Assembly (NCBI GenBank): GCA_048538235.1
Contig: JBLYPX010000001.1
Span: 787,011-851,010, forward strand
DNA length: 64,000 nucleotides
Source of the DNA: Candidatus Komeilibacteria bacterium
GTDB taxonomy: Bacteria; Patescibacteriota; Patescibacteriia; UBA1558
Reading direction: 5' to 3'
Below the pieces are notes generated by a model. It was not told the origin of the DNA, made no database searches, and worked only from the letters and a program-made list of their open reading frames with translations. The translations under genes were made by a program, and so were the position numbers. Positions 1 to 10,953 of the stretch are shown here, one piece after another; position 1 is the first letter of the stretch; each line of letters begins with the position of its first letter.

Positions 1-1646
1 GTAACGATATCTACCGCTCTGTTGTAATCTGGCTTAGCTGTACCTTCCATAATGCCAGTAATTTCTTTAAATTGACGTCTAACCTCTTCAACTACTTTAC
101 CCGCAGTTTTACCAACGGCTTCCATAGCAAGAGCGCCAAACCAATATGGTAATAGTCCGCCAATAAACAACCCAGCTATAACCATTGGATCTATTAATTT
201 AAATTCTAAATTAAGTCCATGTCCGACAAATTCTTGGACATAAGATGCAAACAATACCAAAGCAGCAAGTCCTGCAGAAGCAATAGCATAACCTTTAGTG
301 ACAGCTTTAGTTGTATTACCAACAGCATCTAAAGGATCTGTTACCGCTCTGACATCGTCAGATAGTTCTGCCATTTCAGCAATACCACCAGCATTATCTG
401 TAATTGGACCATATGAGTCTATAGTCACAATAATACCAGCTAGTGAAAGCATAGCTGTTGCTGCAATAGCAATTCCATACATACCAGCTAAGCTGTAAGA
501 TAGTAAAATACCAATAACTATAACAAGAACAGGTAATACAGTAGACTTCATTGAAACAGCAAGTCCGGCAATAATATTTGTACCATGTCCACTTTCTGAA
601 GCCTTAGCAATATCTTTAACCGGCTTATATCTCCCTGAAGTGTAGTATTCAGTAATAATAACCATCAAAGCTGTTACTACAATACCAATAACCGCTGAAA
701 GATAAATATCTTTAGCACTATACAATGTTAAATCTCCCATTAATCTTTTAGTAACGGGCCACATTAAGATAATAGATAAAATACCCGTCACAGATAAGCC
801 TTTATACAAAGCTCCCATTATATTCTTAGATTTACCTAAAGAGATAAACCAAGTACCAATTATACTTGTAATAATTGAAATAGCTCCAATTACTAGAGGA
901 TAAATAACTGCGTTTGGATAAGTTGTAAATAGTAATGATCCAAGTAGCATAGTAGCAACTGTTGTAACAGAATATGTTTCAAATAAGTCTGCTGCCATAC
1001 CAGCACAATCACCAACATTATCGCCAACATTGTCTGCAATAACCGCTGGATTACGAGGGTCGTCTTCTGGAATACCAGCTTCAACTTTGCCAACAAGATC
1101 TGCTCCAACATCGGCTGCTTTTGTAAAGATACCTCCGCCAAGTCTAGCAAATACAGAGATTAAACTTCCACCAAAACCAAGACCGACTAGAGCTTTAAAT
1201 GATCCTGAAATAATAAAGAAACTTGTGACTCCTAAAAGTCCAAGCCCAACAACTAAAAGTCCTGTAACCGCTCCACCTTGAACTGCTACATTCATAGCTT
1301 GTGCAAGACCACTCTTAGCAGCTTCACAAGTCCTAACATTAGCGCGCACCGAAACATTCATACCAATGTATCCGGCAAGAGCAGATAGTACAGCTCCAAA
1401 AATAAAGCCAATAGCTGTAGCCCAATCAAGAGCAAAGCCTAAAATGAAGAACAATATTACTGCTATTACAGCTACTGTTCTATACTGCCTATTTAAATAG
1501 GCTTTAGCACCAACTTGAATAGCCTCTGCAATTTCTTTCATTTTATCTCCGCCTGCAGGCTTCTTTAAAATCAACTTGGCTAGAATAAATCCATACACAA
1601 TTGCGACAATAGACACAATAAGTGCAAATAATGATCCGTCTGTCAT
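1..1646 (-). CDS. hppA: Membrane-bound H+-translocating pyrophosphatase, K+-independent type (partial, runs off window start)
   Basis: Manual translation from ATG at 1646 ([10 protein letters not shown]...); motifs [38 protein letters not shown]. Confidence 0.93.
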   Translation of the reverse strand, partial: MTDGSLFALIVSIVAIVYGFILAKLILKKPAGGDKMKEIAEAIQVGAKAYLNRQYRTVAVIAVILFFILGFALDWATAIGFIFGAVLSALAGYIGMNVSVRANVRTCEAAKSGLAQAMNVAVQGGAVTGLLVVGLGLLGVTSFFIISGSFKALVGLGFGGSLISVFARLGGGIFTKAADVGADLVGKVEAGIPEDDPRNPAVIADNVGDNVGDCAGMAADLFETYSVTTVATMLLGSLLFTTYPNAVIYPLVIGAISIITSIIGTWFISLGKSKNIMGALYKGLSVTGILSIILMWPVTKRLMGDLTLYSAKDIYLSAVIGIVVTALMVIITEYYTSGRYKPVKDIAKASESGHGTNIIAGLAVSMKSTVLPVLVIVIGILLSYSLAGMYGIAIAATAMLSLAGIIVTIDSYGPITDNAGGIAEMAELSDDVRAVTDPLDAVGNTTKAVTKGYAIASAGLAALVLFASYVQEFVGHGLNLEFKLIDPMVIAGLFIGGLLPYWFGALAMEAVGKTAGKVVEEVRRQFKEITGIMEGTAKPDYNRAVDIV

Positions 1647-1697
1647 AGTTTTAATTATTAATTAATAATTATTAAAATTAACCCTCCTAATTATATC

Positions 1698-2957
1698 TTA
1701 TTCTTTTTCCTCTTCAGATTCTTCTTTAGTCTCCTCTTTCTCTTCCGCTACTTCTTGTTTTTCTTCCTTCACTTCATCGCTTTTCTCTTCCTTTTCTTTA
1801 CCATCTTCACTCTCTTCGTCTTCAGCTCCTTCAGCACCAGCAATATCTATTTTCCAATCTGTGAGCTTAGCTGCCAGTCTTACGTTCTGACCAGCCTTAC
1901 CAATAGCAAGAGACAATTGATCCTCTTTAACCTCAACCTTAGCAACCTTTTCTTCTTCATCAAGTTCTATACTTTTAATCTTGGCTGGAGATAAAGCATT
2001 TGAAATAAATGTTTCAACATTATCATCCCACTCAATAATATCTATTTTCTCTCCGCCTAATTCAGCAATAATTGTTTGTACACGAGCACCTCTTTGTCCA
2101 ACACAAGAACCAACTGGGTCAATATTTTCTTCTTCTGTCCAAACAGCAACTTTACTTCTTTGACCAGCTTCTCTAGCAATTGCCTTTATCTCAACAGTGC
2201 CCGCACTAATTTCCGGAACTTCCATAACAAAGAGTTCTTTAAGAAAATCTGGGTGAGATCTAGATAAAATTATCTGGGGTCCACGACCACTCATCTCTAC
2301 AGACATTATTAAAACCTTAATTCTTTGTCCTGATTGATAACGCTCACTCATAATCTGTTCTTCTGGTGGTAATATACCCATAGCATTATCTATATCTACC
2401 ATAACCATTCTACCCTCACGTCTTTGTACAGTACCAACAACCAAAGCGCCTTCTTTATCTTTAAATGAATTATATATTGTGTCTCTCTCAACTTCTCTTA
2501 ATCTTTGAATAATAACCTGTTTGGCTGTTTGTGCTGCCATACGACCGAATTCATCTGGAATAGACAACTCTTGAATCAACTCATCTCCAATCTTAATAGT
2601 CTTTTTGATCTCTTTGGCGTCTTTAATCATTATCTCTGTCTTTGGATTGAAACGTATAATCCCTTCAGCTTCTTCATCCACTTCTTCACCTGCTTCACGT
2701 CTTTCTCTAACCTCTTCTAAAACCTTTTCTAATTCTTCAAGATCCATATTATCTACAACTGTTTTAACGTCAAAAACTTTGACCTCAGCTGTCTCTGGAT
2801 CAAATTCTGCTTTAACATTTTGGTTTTTCTCACCAAAATCTTTTCTATAAGCTGCAGCTAGAGCTGCTTCTATAGTCTCTATTACAGAGTCGTAGGGAAT
2901 GTTTTTTTCCTCACAAATCTGCTCTATGGCCTGCTTTATTTGCTTTGCATCCTCCAT
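1698..2957 (-). CDS. nusA: Transcription termination/antitermination factor NusA with acidic tail
   Basis: FGRMAAQTAKQVIIQ, S1 and KH motifs, LAIGKAGQNVRLA. Confidence 0.97.
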   Translation of the reverse strand: MEDAKQIKQAIEQICEEKNIPYDSVIETIEAALAAAYRKDFGEKNQNVKAEFDPETAEVKVFDVKTVVDNMDLEELEKVLEEVRERREAGEEVDEEAEGIIRFNPKTEIMIKDAKEIKKTIKIGDELIQELSIPDEFGRMAAQTAKQVIIQRLREVERDTIYNSFKDKEGALVVGTVQRREGRMVMVDIDNAMGILPPEEQIMSERYQSGQRIKVLIMSVEMSGRGPQIILSRSHPDFLKELFVMEVPEISAGTVEIKAIAREAGQRSKVAVWTEEENIDPVGSCVGQRGARVQTIIAELGGEKIDIIEWDDNVETFISNALSPAKIKSIELDEEEKVAKVEVKEDQLSLAIGKAGQNVRLAAKLTDWKIDIAGAEGAEDEESEDGKEKEEKSDEVKEEKQEVAEEKEETKEESEEEKE

Positions 2958-3051
2958 AATCGTATTTATAAATTTTTAATAATAAAGGCTAGTATGAAAA
3001 TACTAGCCTACTAAAATATTACCATTCAAACTGTAACTTGTCAAACATATA

Positions 3052-4032
3052 TTAAACCAATCTATCTAACTCATCATCCATAGTATCCTCAACTTTCTCA
3101 TCCTGTTTTTCCACTTTCTTATCTTCTTTAACAACTAGCTTTTCCTTAATCTCTTTTTCATCTTTACTGCTAATAATAAACCAAACAATGCTTATCACAA
3201 CAATAACTCCTAACATAGCAAAGCCAATCTGCCTGTTTTGCCTTTCTCTTAAACTTCTTTGCTCAGAAACAATTCCGTCATCCTCACTAAAGAATTCATT
3301 TATAATCTCATCCCTATCTACTGTTTTCTGCAATTCACTTACTTTTGTCTCATCTTGCTCCCAAACACCACCTTCAATTTGACCGCCATCACTAACACTA
3401 ACCTCTCCCTCTTCTTCTGGAGCTATAGAAATATCTGGATCCTCAACATCAGTACTAACAGCTACTGTTTCTTCTACCACTTCTTCTTGTTCTTCTACTG
3501 TTTCTTCAACCTCTTCCTGTTGTTCTTCTATAACTTCCTCTTTCTGCTCTTCTTTAACAACTTCCTCAATAACAACTTCCTCAACCTCCACCTGAACAGG
3601 TCTTGCTAAAACAGCAAAGCTTATATGACCAGACTCAACAGACCTTTCTCTTTCATTTAAATTACGCGCAACTGTATACACAGTATGAGTTCCAGGTGTT
3701 AATGGTAAGTATGTAGTATATGCAAAATTACCTATTCCAGAGTCGTCTAGATTTAATTTTGCTCTTCCATTAAATACTCCATCTACATATACATCTACTA
3801 ATGTTTCATTCCATGATAAACCAGTAATAGTTAAAGAATCTGCATAAACAGATGAATTATTTTCAGGCACGACAAGTGTAGGGGCTGGGACCGTACAATC
3901 CTTATCATGTAAACAAGGATCTTCAGCTGCCAACGCACTATTGCCCAAAAACAGTAGTGATATTAAAAAAAACAACCCTCCTAATAGAATTATTTTCCTT
4001 CTCATAAATATTAATGTTATTAATTTGCTCAT
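3052..4032 (-). CDS. Hypothetical surface protein: signal peptide, Ig-like domain, acidic linker, C-terminal TM (start may be 4005)
   Basis: ITGLSWNETLVDVYVDG...LTPGTHTVYTVA resembles a bacterial Ig-like fold; hydrophobic segments near both ends. Confidence 0.75.
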   Translation of the reverse strand: MSKLITLIFMRRKIILLGGLFFLISLLFLGNSALAAEDPCLHDKDCTVPAPTLVVPENNSSVYADSLTITGLSWNETLVDVYVDGVFNGRAKLNLDDSGIGNFAYTTYLPLTPGTHTVYTVARNLNERERSVESGHISFAVLARPVQVEVEEVVIEEVVKEEQKEEVIEEQQEEVEETVEEQEEVVEETVAVSTDVEDPDISIAPEEEGEVSVSDGGQIEGGVWEQDETKVSELQKTVDRDEIINEFFSEDDGIVSEQRSLRERQNRQIGFAMLGVIVVISIVWFIISSKDEKEIKEKLVVKEDKKVEKQDEKVEDTMDDELDRLV

Positions 4033-4154
4033 ATAATTTAATTAAAAATTACCATTTACACAAGTTAATAAGCTGTTAAAAACCTCTTTATTACCTGTTA
4101 ACCGATATTAAAAAGCCCCTTGCTTACACAAGGGGACTTTGTTTTTTTGATTTT

Positions 4155-4502
4155 TTAGAGATTTGCTACTGTTTCTCTGGCATTTTGTACGAGCTCAGCA
4201 TTTGCAGGATTTTCCTCAAATCCATGCACCAGCAGCTTGGCTTCATCTGACAAGTTGGCTGAATTTGCAAAAAGAAAACCATAGCAGATAAATTTGGTTC
4301 CAATATGATCGCTTGCCAACATGTTGGCCAAAAGATCTTCTGCTGAAGAGTCTCCTGTTTCCAGAAAGATCGTGCCAATTTCGTTGAGCAGCACGCCCAG
4401 TGGTAAAAGACCCACACTACCAGACCCCGGACAAGTGGTATATTCACCACTCTCAACCATCTGTATTAACTCTTTTAAAGTAAAGCCAGTTTGTCTTTCC
4501 AT
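4155..4502 (-). CDS. Hypothetical protein (accessory)
   Basis: 115-aa ORF with strong SD AAGGAGG and a downstream terminator hairpin at about 4111-4149. Confidence 0.7.
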   Translation of the reverse strand: MERQTGFTLKELIQMVESGEYTTCPGSGSVGLLPLGVLLNEIGTIFLETGDSSAEDLLANMLASDHIGTKFICYGFLFANSANLSDEAKLLVHGFEENPANAELVQNARETVANL

Positions 4503-4504
4503 TC

Positions 4505-4985
4505 TTCCCTCCTTAAGGATATATTTTGAGCATTTTACATTAAAAACTTAAATACGTAATGGTTCCCATTACCGTACAGGTAATAATAGTAGTAAGGCCA
4601 ACAGAAGACAAAACCGCAAAACGTGGCAGCGCCCTCCATTTAATTCCCTCTATACACATCACACCTATAATTGGGGAACAGAGCAAAAGAAACGTTACTG
4701 TGCTAAACATATAAGCACCGCTAAACAACATCATTCCCCACCCAAGAGTCACAAACATTGCCATTACATATAGCGCCATAGCGCCTGCAATGCCAAACAC
4801 AACCCCTCCAACTACCATTATTGCAAAAAGCATAGCACCAAAAGCAATAAACCCTCTTGCTTCAATTGGAGCGCCTGATAAATAGGGTATTGATACAAAG
4901 ATTAAAAAAACACTTAAAATACCTGCCAACACAAACGCTTCGCGTTGAATAAGTTTTTCCATATTTCCCTCCTTAAGGATATATT
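4505..4985 (-). repeat. Identical 21-bp direct repeat (AATATATCCTTAAGGAGGGAA on -) at 4505-4525 and 4965-4985
   Basis: Exact match read directly; each copy sits just upstream of an ATG. Confidence 0.9.
4540..4962 (-). CDS. Hypothetical multi-pass membrane protein (accessory)
   Basis: 140-aa hydrophobic ORF, SD AAGGAGG, upstream TTGACA-N17-TAATGT. Confidence 0.7.
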   Translation of the reverse strand: MEKLIQREAFVLAGILSVFLIFVSIPYLSGAPIEARGFIAFGAMLFAIMVVGGVVFGIAGAMALYVMAMFVTLGWGMMLFSGAYMFSTVTFLLLCSPIIGVMCIEGIKWRALPRFAVLSSVGLTTIITCTVMGTITYLSF

Positions 4986-5118
4986 ATTAATTTCCAATGA
5001 ACTAATATACCACATTAGTATAAATATGATTTCTTGTCAAGGTATATAAAATTTCACCCCCACTGTATTGAAGTGGGGGTGTGGTCGGGTCGGAGCTGCC
5101 GGTGAGGAGGAGAACAAA

Positions 5119-5514
5119 CTATGGTAGATATTTTTCAAACTCTTCCCTAATTTTTAGGTCTTTTTTTTGTTTGGGTATATTAATAACAATGTACTTAATA
5201 ATATATATCATCCAGGCAATACAAACTAAAAACCAAATCATACTCCAGGCTCTCATTCCTAAATATGGAATTAACTGATGCCTAAAAAACATTAAAATTA
5301 AACCAATAATACTAAATGAAAAACACCAAGTTCCTAGTTTTTGCATTACTTTTCTGTATGGAGAAGAAAAAACTTCTTTTTTTCTTAATATTGAAAAAAC
5401 AATAGCTAGAATAAATATTAAAACATAAATACCTACAGCTAACCTAAAAACATTTGTTGTAATGGGTAACAAATTATTTGTGAATAGATAATCTAATTTA
5501 AACCAATTTATCAT
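5119..5514 (-). CDS. Hypothetical membrane protein (about 3 TM)
   Basis: 131-aa hydrophobic ORF directly downstream of the methyltransferase. Confidence 0.8.
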   Translation of the reverse strand: MINWFKLDYLFTNNLLPITTNVFRLAVGIYVLIFILAIVFSILRKKEVFSSPYRKVMQKLGTWCFSFSIIGLILMFFRHQLIPYLGMRAWSMIWFLVCIAWMIYIIKYIVINIPKQKKDLKIREEFEKYLP

Positions 5515-6069
5515 TTATTTTATAAATATTAATCCGTAGTGATAAGGTCCTGCTGAAAACTCTTGTTCTAAGCTTAAACCTAAATCTACGGCATGCTTCT
5601 TAATGGTGTCAGCAGCAATTCTTTTACTAACCTCTGGCCCAATAGCTGTTTGCTGTGGGAGCCACTCAACCACCAATAATTTTCCTCCTTGCTCAAGTAA
5701 TCTAACAGACTCTTTCATCATTTGCAAGTGGTTAGTATTTTGGAAAAGTGTTGTTACTAAAAAACAAACATTCATGCCTTCTGGCACCTTAGTTGCACCA
5801 ACAATCTCTAAATCACTCCAGACTGTTTTAATATTTGGTAATGATTCCAGTTTTGCTTTACTTTCAACAGAAGACAAAACTTCTTTCTGTATATCCACTG
5901 CATAGACCAACCCATTATTACCAACTATTTTAGCTGCTGCTAATGTAAAATATGCCATTGCCCCACAGCCTAAATCTGCCACCTTAGAACCATAATCTAA
6001 ATGCAAGATGTCTTTTAGTATCTTAGTTGGATCCATTAGGCTTTTTTCTGTTTTATTTGTATGTTCCAT
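5515..6069 (-). CDS. Class I SAM-dependent methyltransferase
   Basis: VADLGCGA motif I, VYAVDI, GGKLLVVEW. Confidence 0.9.
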   Translation of the reverse strand: MEHTNKTEKSLMDPTKILKDILHLDYGSKVADLGCGAMAYFTLAAAKIVGNNGLVYAVDIQKEVLSSVESKAKLESLPNIKTVWSDLEIVGATKVPEGMNVCFLVTTLFQNTNHLQMMKESVRLLEQGGKLLVVEWLPQQTAIGPEVSKRIAADTIKKHAVDLGLSLEQEFSAGPYHYGLIFIK

Positions 6070-6104
6070 ATGTATAATATTATACCAAAAATTAGTACAT
6101 TTTG

Positions 6105-6677
6105 TTAATCTTTAATATATTTTTTAATAGGGGCAAAAGACGTTCTATGTAGAACACTAATACCATGTTTATCTAGTTTTTGCTGATGAAGACTAGTTCC
6201 ATAACCTTTATGGGCTGAAAAATTATATTCTCCATAATGCCTATCAAACTCTATCATCATATTATCTCTATAATCCTTAGCAACTATTGAAGCGGCCATT
6301 ATCTCTAAAACACTACTATCTCCTCGAATAATTAATTCATGTGGTAATTCGTGCTTAAAACCTCTTATCATGTCCAATTTTAACTCATGAGGTTTAATTG
6401 GTAGATTAGCAACCGCTCTTACAGCAGCCATTATATTTGCTTTTTGTAATCCAAATTTATCTATTTCGAAATGACTAACTACTCCAACAGACCAATAGGC
6501 TACTTTCTTAATTTTTTTAGCTAGCTCTTTTCTCTTGGCAAAATCAAGAGCTTTAGAATCTTTCAACTCAAAATCTACTTTATCTTTAAACACCACTGCA
6601 GAAGCAACCAATGGTCCTGCCCAAGCACCACGACCAACTTCATCCACGCCAGCAATTTTTGTTTTCGTTATTTTCAT
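6105..6677 (-). CDS. rnhB: Ribonuclease HII
   Basis: AGVDEVGRGAWAGP, DSK, AASIVAK, HKGYGT, HRTSF. Confidence 0.96.
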   Translation of the reverse strand: MKITKTKIAGVDEVGRGAWAGPLVASAVVFKDKVDFELKDSKALDFAKRKELAKKIKKVAYWSVGVVSHFEIDKFGLQKANIMAAVRAVANLPIKPHELKLDMIRGFKHELPHELIIRGDSSVLEIMAASIVAKDYRDNMMIEFDRHYGEYNFSAHKGYGTSLHQQKLDKHGISVLHRTSFAPIKKYIKD

Positions 6678-6714
6678 AACAGTATTATACAGAGATCCTT
6701 AGATCTAAGCTAAT

Positions 6715-6924
6715 TTAAACTTTCTTATGAGTAAATATAGCTATCATAACTATTACTGCTATTAAACCAATAACAGTAAATGGATTGCTCATATTTAAAC
6801 TATCTGTAACTGTTGTAGATAGTGACAATCCTATAGCTATAAATACTTTGTTCAACAAGCTATAATCTTGAGAACTTGCTGGTGTATCTAGTTTAATATT
6901 TAGTTTTATGTCCTTGTTAGGCAT
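6715..6924 (-). CDS. Small hypothetical membrane protein
   Basis: 69-aa ORF with two hydrophobic segments. Confidence 0.55.
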   Translation of the reverse strand: MPNKDIKLNIKLDTPASSQDYSLLNKVFIAIGLSLSTTVTDSLNMSNPFTVIGLIAVIVMIAIFTHKKV

Positions 6925-7302
6925 ATATCCAGCTTTCTTAATTAATTAGTTCGACCTTTGTATTTAATTATTAATAAACAATAAAGGCTCTGCGTACAAT
7001 CAGAGCCTTAAAGAATTACCATGTCTTAATTTCAAGTATTGAAGCGTAGACTCTGATCCTCCTTTATATTAAAGTGCAATAAAACATACCACTTAGAAGT
7101 GGTCACAATTCTTATTCTTTTATAACACTTAATATTCATATATTTATATAAAAAGCCACAATCGTGCTTTTATTTTTGTTTTTTACACTTTTGTGGCTAA
7201 AATATTCATTTATTCCCTTCTATTAAATTAGACGTATGAGATTAATTGTTGTTACAGAATATAAAAACAGCTTATTATATAAAGCTGTTTTTTGATAGAT
7301 GC

Positions 7303-8466
7303 TTATTTACTTTTCTTCCATTCACGTTTTACAGCACTTGCAACCTTTTTAACAACCTCTTTATTAAACACATTTGGAATGATGTTATCCTCTGTAGGTT
7401 TTTTAACACAGCTAGCAATAGCTTTAGCAGCTGCCAATTTCATATCTGTAGTAATCCTAGTAGCTCTAATATCTAAAGCTCCTCTAAATATTCCAGGAAA
7501 AGCTAGAACATTATTCACCTGATTTGGATAGTCACTACGACCGGTTGCTACAACTTTAGCACCTACCTGTTTTGCTAATTCTGGCATTATCTCTGGTGTT
7601 GGATTGGCCATGGCTATAATTATAGAACCGTTATTCATTTTCTTAACCATACTCTTTTTTAGCACACCTGCCTTTGATACACCTATAAAAATATCTGCGC
7701 CAGTAATAATCCCATCTAAATTTCCGGTTTCTTTATTCTTGTTTGTTATTTTAGATATTAAAACTTTTTCTTTATTATCCTTAATATCTTTTCTGCCGTT
7801 ATAAATTACTCCCTTGCTATCTAACATTATTATATTAGCAGGCTTAGCCCCATAAGCGATTAATAGTTTTGCAATTGCAATACCAGCTGAACCAGCACCA
7901 TTAATAATAATTTTAACTTTATTAATTTTCTTATCTACAACTTTAAGTGAATTAATAATTGCGGCTAATGTAACCACAGCCGTACCATGTTGATCATCAT
8001 GCATAACTGGTATACCTAAATCTTGTAAAGCCTTTTCAATAACAAAACACTCCGGAGCTTTAATATCTTCTAAGTTAATTCCACCAAACATCGGTGTAAT
8101 GTTTTTTATTGTTTCAATATTCTTTTTAACGTCTTGACTAGCAAGTGCTATTGGCCATGCATCAATATTTGCAAACTCTTTAAAGAGAATAGCTTTACCC
8201 TCCATTACTGGTATAGAAGCTTCTGCACCAATATTACCAAGACCTAAGACTGCTGATCCGTCTGTTATGACAGCAACTGTGTTTGATTTTGAAGTATATT
8301 CATAAATATTATTTTTATTCTTTGCTATCTGTCTACAAGGTTCTGCTACTCCAGGTGTGTAATACAAAGATAGGTCTTCTTTGTTTTTTAAAGAAACTTT
8401 AGATTTAACAGATAGCTTGCCTTTATTTTTTTTATGCAAGCTTAAACTTTTTTTATAATAATCCAT
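7303..8466 (-). CDS. NAD(P)-dependent malic enzyme (short MaeB-N/YtsJ type)
   Basis: [51 protein letters not shown]. Confidence 0.95.
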   Translation of the reverse strand: MDYYKKSLSLHKKNKGKLSVKSKVSLKNKEDLSLYYTPGVAEPCRQIAKNKNNIYEYTSKSNTVAVITDGSAVLGLGNIGAEASIPVMEGKAILFKEFANIDAWPIALASQDVKKNIETIKNITPMFGGINLEDIKAPECFVIEKALQDLGIPVMHDDQHGTAVVTLAAIINSLKVVDKKINKVKIIINGAGSAGIAIAKLLIAYGAKPANIIMLDSKGVIYNGRKDIKDNKEKVLISKITNKNKETGNLDGIITGADIFIGVSKAGVLKKSMVKKMNNGSIIIAMANPTPEIMPELAKQVGAKVVATGRSDYPNQVNNVLAFPGIFRGALDIRATRITTDMKLAAAKAIASCVKKPTEDNIIPNVFNKEVVKKVASAVKREWKKSK

Positions 8467-8467
8467 T

Positions 8468-9682
8468 CTACTTCTTAGCTTTTATTAATCTATTCAAAGC
8501 AACCATGTATGAAGCTGTTCTTAAATTTACATTCTTTTTACCAGCTAATTTATCTATAGCTTTATATTCTTTTAAGATTTTATCTTTTAACTTCTTTAAA
8601 ACTTCCGCTCTTGTCCAATATTTATTCTTAGCATTCTGCACCATTTCAAAATATGAAACCATAACACCACCTGCATTAGCAAGAACATCTGGAACAACTA
8701 ATATTCCTTTTTCATACATAATTTTATCTGCGTCAGCTGTTGTTGGTCCATTAGCTAATTCTATAACTATATTGGCTTTAATTTTTTTAGCATTAGCCTT
8801 TGTTATTTGATTATCTAATGCTGCTGGAATTAGAACATCTGTATCTAATTCTAAAATCTCTTTATTAGAAATCTTCATTGTTCCTTTATATCCAACAACT
8901 GTCTTATTCTCTTCTTTGTATCTATTTAAGTGTTGAATGTTTACACCTCTTGGATCATAAATGCCACCTTTAGAATCTGACACTGCAATTACTTTATAGC
9001 CAGCATGAAAACATAAATAGGCCATAGTAGCTCCTGCATTACCAAAGCCTTGAATAACAACTCTAGGTTTTTTTAATTTAAACTTTGTAACTATATCTTT
9101 TAATATATAGAAGCCACCTTGTGCTGTAGCAACATCCCTACCTTTTGAACCACCTTTGTTGATTGGTTTACCAGTAAAAGTACCTTTGTTTTTTTCACCA
9201 GTTAACTTCATATACTCATCATTCATCCAAGCCATTATCTGTGGATTTGTATATACATCTGGTGCTGGTACGTCTATTTTGGGACCAATATTTTTATGCA
9301 TTGCTTTTGCCCAAGCTCTAGCTAGCCTTTCTAGTTCTGTGTTAGAAAACTTTTTCGGATCAACTTTAACGCCTCCTTTACCACCGCCAGTTGGTATATT
9401 AACAACAGCTGTTTTAATTGCCATCCACAAAGCTAAGGCTTTTACCTCATCAATATCTGCTGCTTGATGAAATCTAATTCCACCTTTATATGGACCCCTC
9501 CAATTATTATGCTGCACTCTGTAAGCTTCTAAAACTTTTTCTTTTCCATTATCTAATGTAATCTTTATTTTTTTCCTTAAAACTTTATTTGGTTTTTTAA
9601 GCTTAGACAAAAGACTGGGTTTAATACCCAGTTCGTTTGCCGCTACAGACAATTGTTTAATAGCATTATCTAAAGGATTCAT
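8468..9682 (-). CDS. gdhA: Glu/Leu/Phe/Val dehydrogenase, glutamate dehydrogenase-like
   Basis: RGPYKGGIRF, GGGKGG, DVPAPD, QGFGNAG, ELANGPTT, NAGGV. Confidence 0.92.
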   Translation of the reverse strand: MNPLDNAIKQLSVAANELGIKPSLLSKLKKPNKVLRKKIKITLDNGKEKVLEAYRVQHNNWRGPYKGGIRFHQAADIDEVKALALWMAIKTAVVNIPTGGGKGGVKVDPKKFSNTELERLARAWAKAMHKNIGPKIDVPAPDVYTNPQIMAWMNDEYMKLTGEKNKGTFTGKPINKGGSKGRDVATAQGGFYILKDIVTKFKLKKPRVVIQGFGNAGATMAYLCFHAGYKVIAVSDSKGGIYDPRGVNIQHLNRYKEENKTVVGYKGTMKISNKEILELDTDVLIPAALDNQITKANAKKIKANIVIELANGPTTADADKIMYEKGILVVPDVLANAGGVMVSYFEMVQNAKNKYWTRAEVLKKLKDKILKEYKAIDKLAGKKNVNLRTASYMVALNRLIKAKK

Positions 9683-9999
9683 TATAGTGAGTTATCTATT
9701 CTTTCTTTCAAACTTCCTTTGTCTTGGTAGCCCACTAATTGATCTGCGATTTGACCACCTTTAAAAATAAACAAAGTTGGGATACTCATAACTTGAAACT
9801 GTCCTGCTGTTTGTTGATTCTCATCAACATTAAGTTTAACTATTTTAACCTTGCCTTCATATTCTTTAGCAAGCTCATCAATAATTGGACTCATCATTTT
9901 ACAAGGACCACACCACTCAGCATAAAAATCTACTAACACTGGTGTGTCTGCTTTTAGAACTTCGGCTTCGAAGTTTTGATCTGTTACAAATTCTGCCAT
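9682..9999 (-). CDS. trxA: Thioredoxin
   Basis: WCGPC active site. Confidence 0.97.
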   Translation of the reverse strand: MAEFVTDQNFEAEVLKADTPVLVDFYAEWCGPCKMMSPIIDELAKEYEGKVKIVKLNVDENQQTAGQFQVMSIPTLFIFKGGQIADQLVGYQDKGSLKERIDNSL

Positions 10000-10022
10000 A
10001 TTTTTTTTAAATTATTAATTAA

Positions 10023-10949
10023 TTATTCGTTTAAGTAAGTTATTACATCTAAAGCAGCCATACATCCTGAGCCAGCTGCTGTAATTGCTTGACGATATCT
10101 ATAGTCTGCCACATCTCCTCCAGCAAAAATACCTTTAACGCTTGTTTTGGTATTATTCTCAACCTCTAAATATCCCTTGCTATCTAATTTTACCACACCC
10201 TTCAAAAAATCTGTATTAGGCTTGTGACCAATTGCTATAAACAGACCATCTAGATCAATATCTTTTTCTTCATTTGTCTTGTTATTAATTGTTTTAACAC
10301 CAACAACTTTATCTTCTCCTAAAACCTCTTTAACCTCAGTATTAAATATAAACTCTACCTTAGGATTTTCCATAGCTCTTTCTTGCATAATCTTACTTGC
10401 TTTCATTTCTTCTTTACTCTTTCTAACAAGTACATAAACCTTCTTTGCAAAAGTTGTTAAGAAGTTTGCTTCTTCCATAGCAGCGTCACCAGCCCCAACT
10501 ACTGCTACTATTTTTTCTTTAAAGAAAAAACCATCACAAGTAGCACAAGCAGAAACTCCATGACCGCGTAATTTTTTTTCACTCTCTATATTAAGCCATT
10601 TAGCTGATGCACCAGTTGCAACTATAACAGACTTACCCATATATTCATTACTGTCCGTTTTAACAATAAATTCTTTATCTCCTTTGACTTCAATACTTAC
10701 CGCTGCTTCTGGCACTGTAACGGCTCCAAACTTTTCAGCCTGTTCTTTCATTTTCATCATAAGCTCTGGTCCCATTATTCCTTCTGGAAAACCAGGAAAG
10801 TTTTCTACATCTGTTGTGGTGGTTAATTGTCCACCAACTTCTCCGCCAAGAACAATTAAAGTTTTAAGTTCTGCTCTAGTTGTATATATTCCTGCTGAAT
10901 AACCAGCCGGTCCAGAACCTAAAATAATTACATCATATTTATCTTCCAT
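10023..10949 (-). CDS. trxB: Thioredoxin-disulfide reductase
   Basis: GSGPAG, CATCDGFF, YRQAITAAGSG. Confidence 0.97.
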   Translation of the reverse strand: MEDKYDVIILGSGPAGYSAGIYTTRAELKTLIVLGGEVGGQLTTTTDVENFPGFPEGIMGPELMMKMKEQAEKFGAVTVPEAAVSIEVKGDKEFIVKTDSNEYMGKSVIVATGASAKWLNIESEKKLRGHGVSACATCDGFFFKEKIVAVVGAGDAAMEEANFLTTFAKKVYVLVRKSKEEMKASKIMQERAMENPKVEFIFNTEVKEVLGEDKVVGVKTINNKTNEEKDIDLDGLFIAIGHKPNTDFLKGVVKLDSKGYLEVENNTKTSVKGIFAGGDVADYRYRQAITAAGSGCMAALDVITYLNE

Positions 10950-10953
10950 ATAT

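Noticed and set aside
298-2850. Short ORF-track calls overlapping hppA and nusA (and similar ones across the window)
   Set aside because: Antisense or off-frame shadows of well-supported genes
5081-5278. 65-aa + strand ORF near GAGGAGG
   Set aside because: Antisense to a better membrane-protein ORF; no recognisable features
7030-7210. Two tiny MNI-starting ORFs and hairpins upstream of the 69-aa gene (possible attenuator)
   Set aside because: No regulatory codon run or clear antiterminator; insufficient support
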